From NCBI GenBank assembly GCA_016208535.1, contig JACQXW010000006.1, positions 1-39,071 on the forward strand: DNA of 39,071 nt. Reading direction: 5' to 3'. The notes under the pieces are model-generated. The model did not search any database, was not told the origin of the DNA, and saw only the letters and a list, made by a program, of their open reading frames with translations. Shown here one piece after another: positions 36,053 to 39,071 of this stretch; the stretch's first letter is position 1, and each line of letters begins with the position of its first letter. Both the position numbers and the translations under genes were made by a program. The stretch is from Candidatus Terrybacteria bacterium. Lineage in GTDB: Bacteria; Patescibacteriota; Minisyncoccia; UBA9983.

Positions 36053-36607
36053 TTATTCCAATTCAAAGTGATGCTTAAGGTGTAGTTCGTTGTCTATTGA
36101 TTCGGCCACCATAAATCTCACAAATTTTCTGATGTCATAAACTTCTATTATGTATTCTATCTCATCTTGGCAGTCATAGGGATGGGCGAACACGCTTTTC
36201 TGAAATTGATAAAATCCGAGATTATTCAGATGATTTCTAAGAGCCTCTCTGATTTTCTTTCCATTTTTTGGAATATCAAATAAAACAATTCGCCACTTGC
36301 CATCCCATTGTTCCGGTTTTTTTATTTTCATCTCGTCAAGATTATAAGTGAGTGCCTTTTGTTTTCCTTTGTCGGTGAGAAATAAGGTGACAGTGCCGTC
36401 GGAATTTTCTTTTTCTTTGACAAGTTTTGATTCGTATAATTTTTTGATGGCGCGCCGCAAGGCCTGACGGTCGATATTTTTCCATTCTTCTTTTAATCCC
36501 TTGATAACCCTGAAGCTGGTTTTAGGGGAGTGGGAAAGACCGAGGGCCAACCCGGCCATTAAGAGAAGCAATATTTTCTTTTGAGTATCTCCAAGCCCAC
36601 GCGACAT
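36053..36607 (-). CDS. PaaX-like protein (winged HTH + Cas2-like central domain)
   Basis: A..KL...KLV...LTDKG wHTH; WDGKWRIVLFDIP and LGF..FQKSVF..P. Confidence 0.85.
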   Translation of the reverse strand: MSRGLGDTQKKILLLLMAGLALGLSHSPKTSFRVIKGLKEEWKNIDRQALRRAIKKLYESKLVKEKENSDGTVTLFLTDKGKQKALTYNLDEMKIKKPEQWDGKWRIVLFDIPKNGKKIREALRNHLNNLGFYQFQKSVFAHPYDCQDEIEYIIEVYDIRKFVRFMVAESIDNELHLKHHFELE

Positions 36608-36672
36608 AAATTTATTATCAGTTTTATAATTTTATCGTTGATTCCATTTTAAAACAGCTAAATAGTAAATCA

Positions 36673-36702
36673 AGCACTTATAAGCCATGACTGGTAAGTG
36701 CT
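36673..36702. repeat. Palindrome copy 2 flanking PaaX-like gene
   Basis: AGCACTTA-TAAGCCATGACTGG-TAAGTGCT. Confidence 0.85.
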
Positions 36703-36733
36703 AATTTGTACAGTATCGTTAAATTTTTTAGTG

Positions 36734-36761
36734 TTGACAAAATATTTTTTAAGAATATCAT
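36734..36761 (+). promoter_or_regulatory. Sigma70-type promoter
   Basis: TTGACA-16 nt-TATCAT. Confidence 0.6.
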
Positions 36762-36767
36762 GAGTAT

Positions 36768-37039
36768 TAATGGCACCTATCGGAGGATAGTGATTTGTCG
36801 GCAGTAAGCTGATGATCTGTCGTAGAGGCAGGGGCCGGTGATCTCGGAAAAGGTTTCATTCCAAAAGAGGATTGATTCCTTTCCCCATAAGATCCTAGAT
36901 TCAGCGAAAGTATTGGATAGAATACTTGGCGCTCATCCGGAGAGCAAAAAGGAGATATTTTCTCAAGCTCCATCTATCCCACGCAATTATAGTATAGTTC
37001 TTTTTAAAAAGCCCAAGGGTTAAACCTGAGGGTTTTTTT
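36768..37039 (+). ncRNA. Candidate structured non-coding RNA
   Basis: Promoter upstream, terminator downstream, no credible ORF, series of hairpins with G-U pairs on the + strand. Confidence 0.45.
37006..37039. terminator. Bidirectional intrinsic terminator
   Basis: AAAAAGCCC-A-AGG-gttaaa-CCT-GA-GGGTTTTTTT, just past the murE stop. Confidence 0.7.
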
Positions 37040-37046
37040 ATTTTGT

Positions 37047-38330
37047 TTATTTTGTGCTTAAAATTTTTCGCAGTTCTTCGCGGGCGGTTTCTCTGTCGTC
37101 CCATTTTATTTTTGTTCCCTTTGGGCCCATGAGCCATGGTTCGCTGCCCTTGCCGGTGATTATCACTGCGTCGCCGGTTTGGGCATAAGAGAGCGCCTTG
37201 GCTATTGCCTCGTGTCTGCCCAAAATGATTTCAAAATTGGAATTTGGAAATTGGTCATTGGAAATTCCAGATTTTATATCTAATAAAATCTGGTTGGGGT
37301 CTTCGTCATAAGGATCTTCATTTGTGAGAATTATTTGGTCGCAGTGTTTGGAGGCGATTTTTCCCATTTCTGGCCGCTTCCATTTATCCCTTCCTCCGCC
37401 AGCAGAACCGAGCACACAAACTTTGCGCGAGGTCTGGAAAGTTTCATAAACTTTTTCCAAGGAATCGGGCGTGTGGGCATAATCGACTATTACAGAGAAA
37501 TTTTGCCCCTCATCAATTTTTTCCAGCCGGCCTTCTATCCCCTGAAATTTTTCTATCGCTTTTTTTATCGTTTCATTTCCGATATTTTGCGTTTTGCAAA
37601 AGGCGACGGCTGCCAAAATATTATAAAGATTGAACAAGCCGGAAAGTTTTGACTTTATTTCTATGTTGTCAAGAATGAAACTTAATCCGTCTTTTTGCAG
37701 ATTGTAATTTGAAACGTCTTTTAATCCGTATTTTATTTTCTGCGGAATATCAAATTTTAAAAAATACGGAGCAGCCGAGTCATCTTCATTAACTACCGCT
37801 AGCCTTCGTTTCTCTCTTGATTTTTCCAAATCCCTGAAATATCTCAATTTGGCGTCGCGGTATGCCTCAAACGAGCCGTGCGACTCAATGTGCTCGGGCG
37901 CGAGATTGGTGAAAATAAGCGCGTTTGTTTTTATGAATTTGTTTCTGTGCTGGACGGCGCCCTCAGAGGTCATTTCCAAAACAGCGTATTGGCATTTTTC
38001 TTTTACCGCCCTGCGCAAAAATTTTTGCAGAAAAAATCGGCCGGGCATTGTCATTTTGTATTCGTTTTTCCATGATTCTCTGCCGACCTTGAAGTGGAGA
38101 GAGGAGGTAAGGCTGGTTTTAAATCTCGCCTCTTCCAAAATGGCGCTGATAATTTCAATTGTGCTGGTTTTACCTTTGGTGCCGGTGACGCCAATCACAA
38201 AAATTTTCCGCGAGGGAAAGCGATAAATCACGGCCGCCAAAAAAGCCATCAGCCAGTGGTAAACCGGCTGCAGCGCCTTAAAAATCTTTTTCGGAATTAT
38301 TTTCCGTGCCAATCTTAAAATTTTTTCCAT
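37047..38330 (-). CDS. murE: UDP-N-acetylmuramyl-tripeptide synthetase MurE
   Basis: GVTGTKGKT, EMTS, DYAHTPD, GGGRDKWKRP.MG, EDP, GKG.E. Confidence 0.92.
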   Translation of the reverse strand: MEKILRLARKIIPKKIFKALQPVYHWLMAFLAAVIYRFPSRKIFVIGVTGTKGKTSTIEIISAILEEARFKTSLTSSLHFKVGRESWKNEYKMTMPGRFFLQKFLRRAVKEKCQYAVLEMTSEGAVQHRNKFIKTNALIFTNLAPEHIESHGSFEAYRDAKLRYFRDLEKSREKRRLAVVNEDDSAAPYFLKFDIPQKIKYGLKDVSNYNLQKDGLSFILDNIEIKSKLSGLFNLYNILAAVAFCKTQNIGNETIKKAIEKFQGIEGRLEKIDEGQNFSVIVDYAHTPDSLEKVYETFQTSRKVCVLGSAGGGRDKWKRPEMGKIASKHCDQIILTNEDPYDEDPNQILLDIKSGISNDQFPNSNFEIILGRHEAIAKALSYAQTGDAVIITGKGSEPWLMGPKGTKIKWDDRETAREELRKILSTK

Positions 38331-38339
38331 TTTTATATT

Positions 38340-38903
38340 TTATTGTTTAGATGGCATCCAATTTTTATCAAGACCAACTTGTTTAAAGAAATCAAAAATA
38401 TCATCAGTTAGAAAAATAAATCTATCTTCCTCTTGAAAAAATAATCTTTCTTTTGAACCAGCTTTTTCTAAAAGATTGTTAATTAAATTATAAAAATTTT
38501 CAAGAGTTTTGTTGTATGGATCCTTTGGATTACTCATTATGTATTTTTGTCCATTTAATATTATGTAATAATTATCTTCTTTATCGTATTCATCTGCACT
38601 CAATTCATTTATAATCACACCTTCTTTTTTTAAAATATTTTCAAATTTACCAATTGCACCACTTACACCACCTTCCATTAAATCCTCGTAGTCAGTCAAG
38701 AAAATTCTTCCATCTAGAGAGACGTAATCTTCTATTTCCGTGTCAAGAGTTTTATTTTTTATAAAGTTTGATTTTATTTGCTTCCTTGCCTCATTTAAGT
38801 TTTCGGGTAGTGTAAATTTAAAATAATTTAAATCTTCTAATTTTTTTAAAATTTTATCTGCGTTCATAAAAATTGAAAATATTTTGTTTTTTAAAAATTT
38901 CAT
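38340..38903 (-). CDS. Hypothetical protein, low GC
   Basis: 187-aa ORF, visibly more AT-rich than flanks, co-oriented between ruvA and murE. Confidence 0.75.
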   Translation of the reverse strand: MKFLKNKIFSIFMNADKILKKLEDLNYFKFTLPENLNEARKQIKSNFIKNKTLDTEIEDYVSLDGRIFLTDYEDLMEGGVSGAIGKFENILKKEGVIINELSADEYDKEDNYYIILNGQKYIMSNPKDPYNKTLENFYNLINNLLEKAGSKERLFFQEEDRFIFLTDDIFDFFKQVGLDKNWMPSKQ

Positions 38904-38908
38904 GATTT

Positions 38909-39071
38909 TTATTTCCCTCCTAAATTTTTTAACGCCTCTTTGATGCGTTGACTGGCGCCTTCTATGCCATCTGGAATTTGTTTCATGGCCTCGCGGGCTT
39001 CGGAGAGCGAATAACCGAGCGATTGAAGCGCGCTCAAAACATCTTGGTCTTCTTTTAAAATTCCTCCGCTT
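38909..39071 (-). CDS. ruvA: RuvA C-terminal domain (partial)
   Basis: Manual translation ..DVLSALQSLGYSLSEAREAMKQIP...RIKEALKNLGGK. Confidence 0.85.
   Translation of the reverse strand, partial: SGGILKEDQDVLSALQSLGYSLSEAREAMKQIPDGIEGASQRIKEALKNLGGK

Noticed and set aside
36007-36702. CRISPR array with cas2
   Set aside because: Only two repeats about 635 nt apart with a gene between them; no spacers, cas1 or other cas genes.
36790-36907. c-di-AMP (ydaO) riboswitch on the minus strand (CGCTGAATC, TATGGGGAA, TCAGCTTAC)
   Set aside because: The central conserved segments are not recognisable and G-U pairs favour the + strand; a cmscan would settle it.
36767-37137. Short ORFs 36838-37023 (+), 36767-36973 (-), 36901-37137 (-)
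   Set aside because: No RBS or recognisable motifs; they overlap the terminator, murE or the hairpins.
1-39071. Alternative genetic code (UGA=Gly, as in Gracilibacteria)
   Set aside because: Core genes are full length under code 11, and tig and the surface protein end at TGA.

Overview
Core chromosomal region of a small-genome bacterium, most likely Patescibacteria/Parcubacteria (inferred from gene content and the reduced tig, yebC and polA; standard code 11). It contains the replication origin region (rnpA-yidC-jag divergent from dnaA-oriC-dnaN-dciA), housekeeping genes (pnp, rpsO, xer, cca, hup, rny, gpmI, clpP, tig, class A PBP, tyrS, ruvC/yebC/ruvB, pilB/gspE, tsaE, 5'-3' exonuclease, holA, mutM, thpR, murE, ruvA 3' end), four intact tRNAs and the left end of an IS481-like element. 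The unusual content is non-genic: (i) an intact tRNA-Arg(UCG) carried inside a CCCCG...CGGGG-ended mini-element that sits inside a second, broken tRNA gene; (ii) about 20 short palindromic or 7-mer-repeat insertions from several families inside core genes, all frame-preserving; (iii) a PaaX/Cas2-fold gene bracketed by two copies of a 30-bp palindrome; (iv) next to it, a promoter-to-terminator unit of about 270 nt with no credible ORF but many hairpins (candidate ncRNA); (v) clean internal deletions in pnp and yraN; (vi) three unannotated microproteins. All calls come from reading the sequence and ORF track; no searches or folding programs were run.
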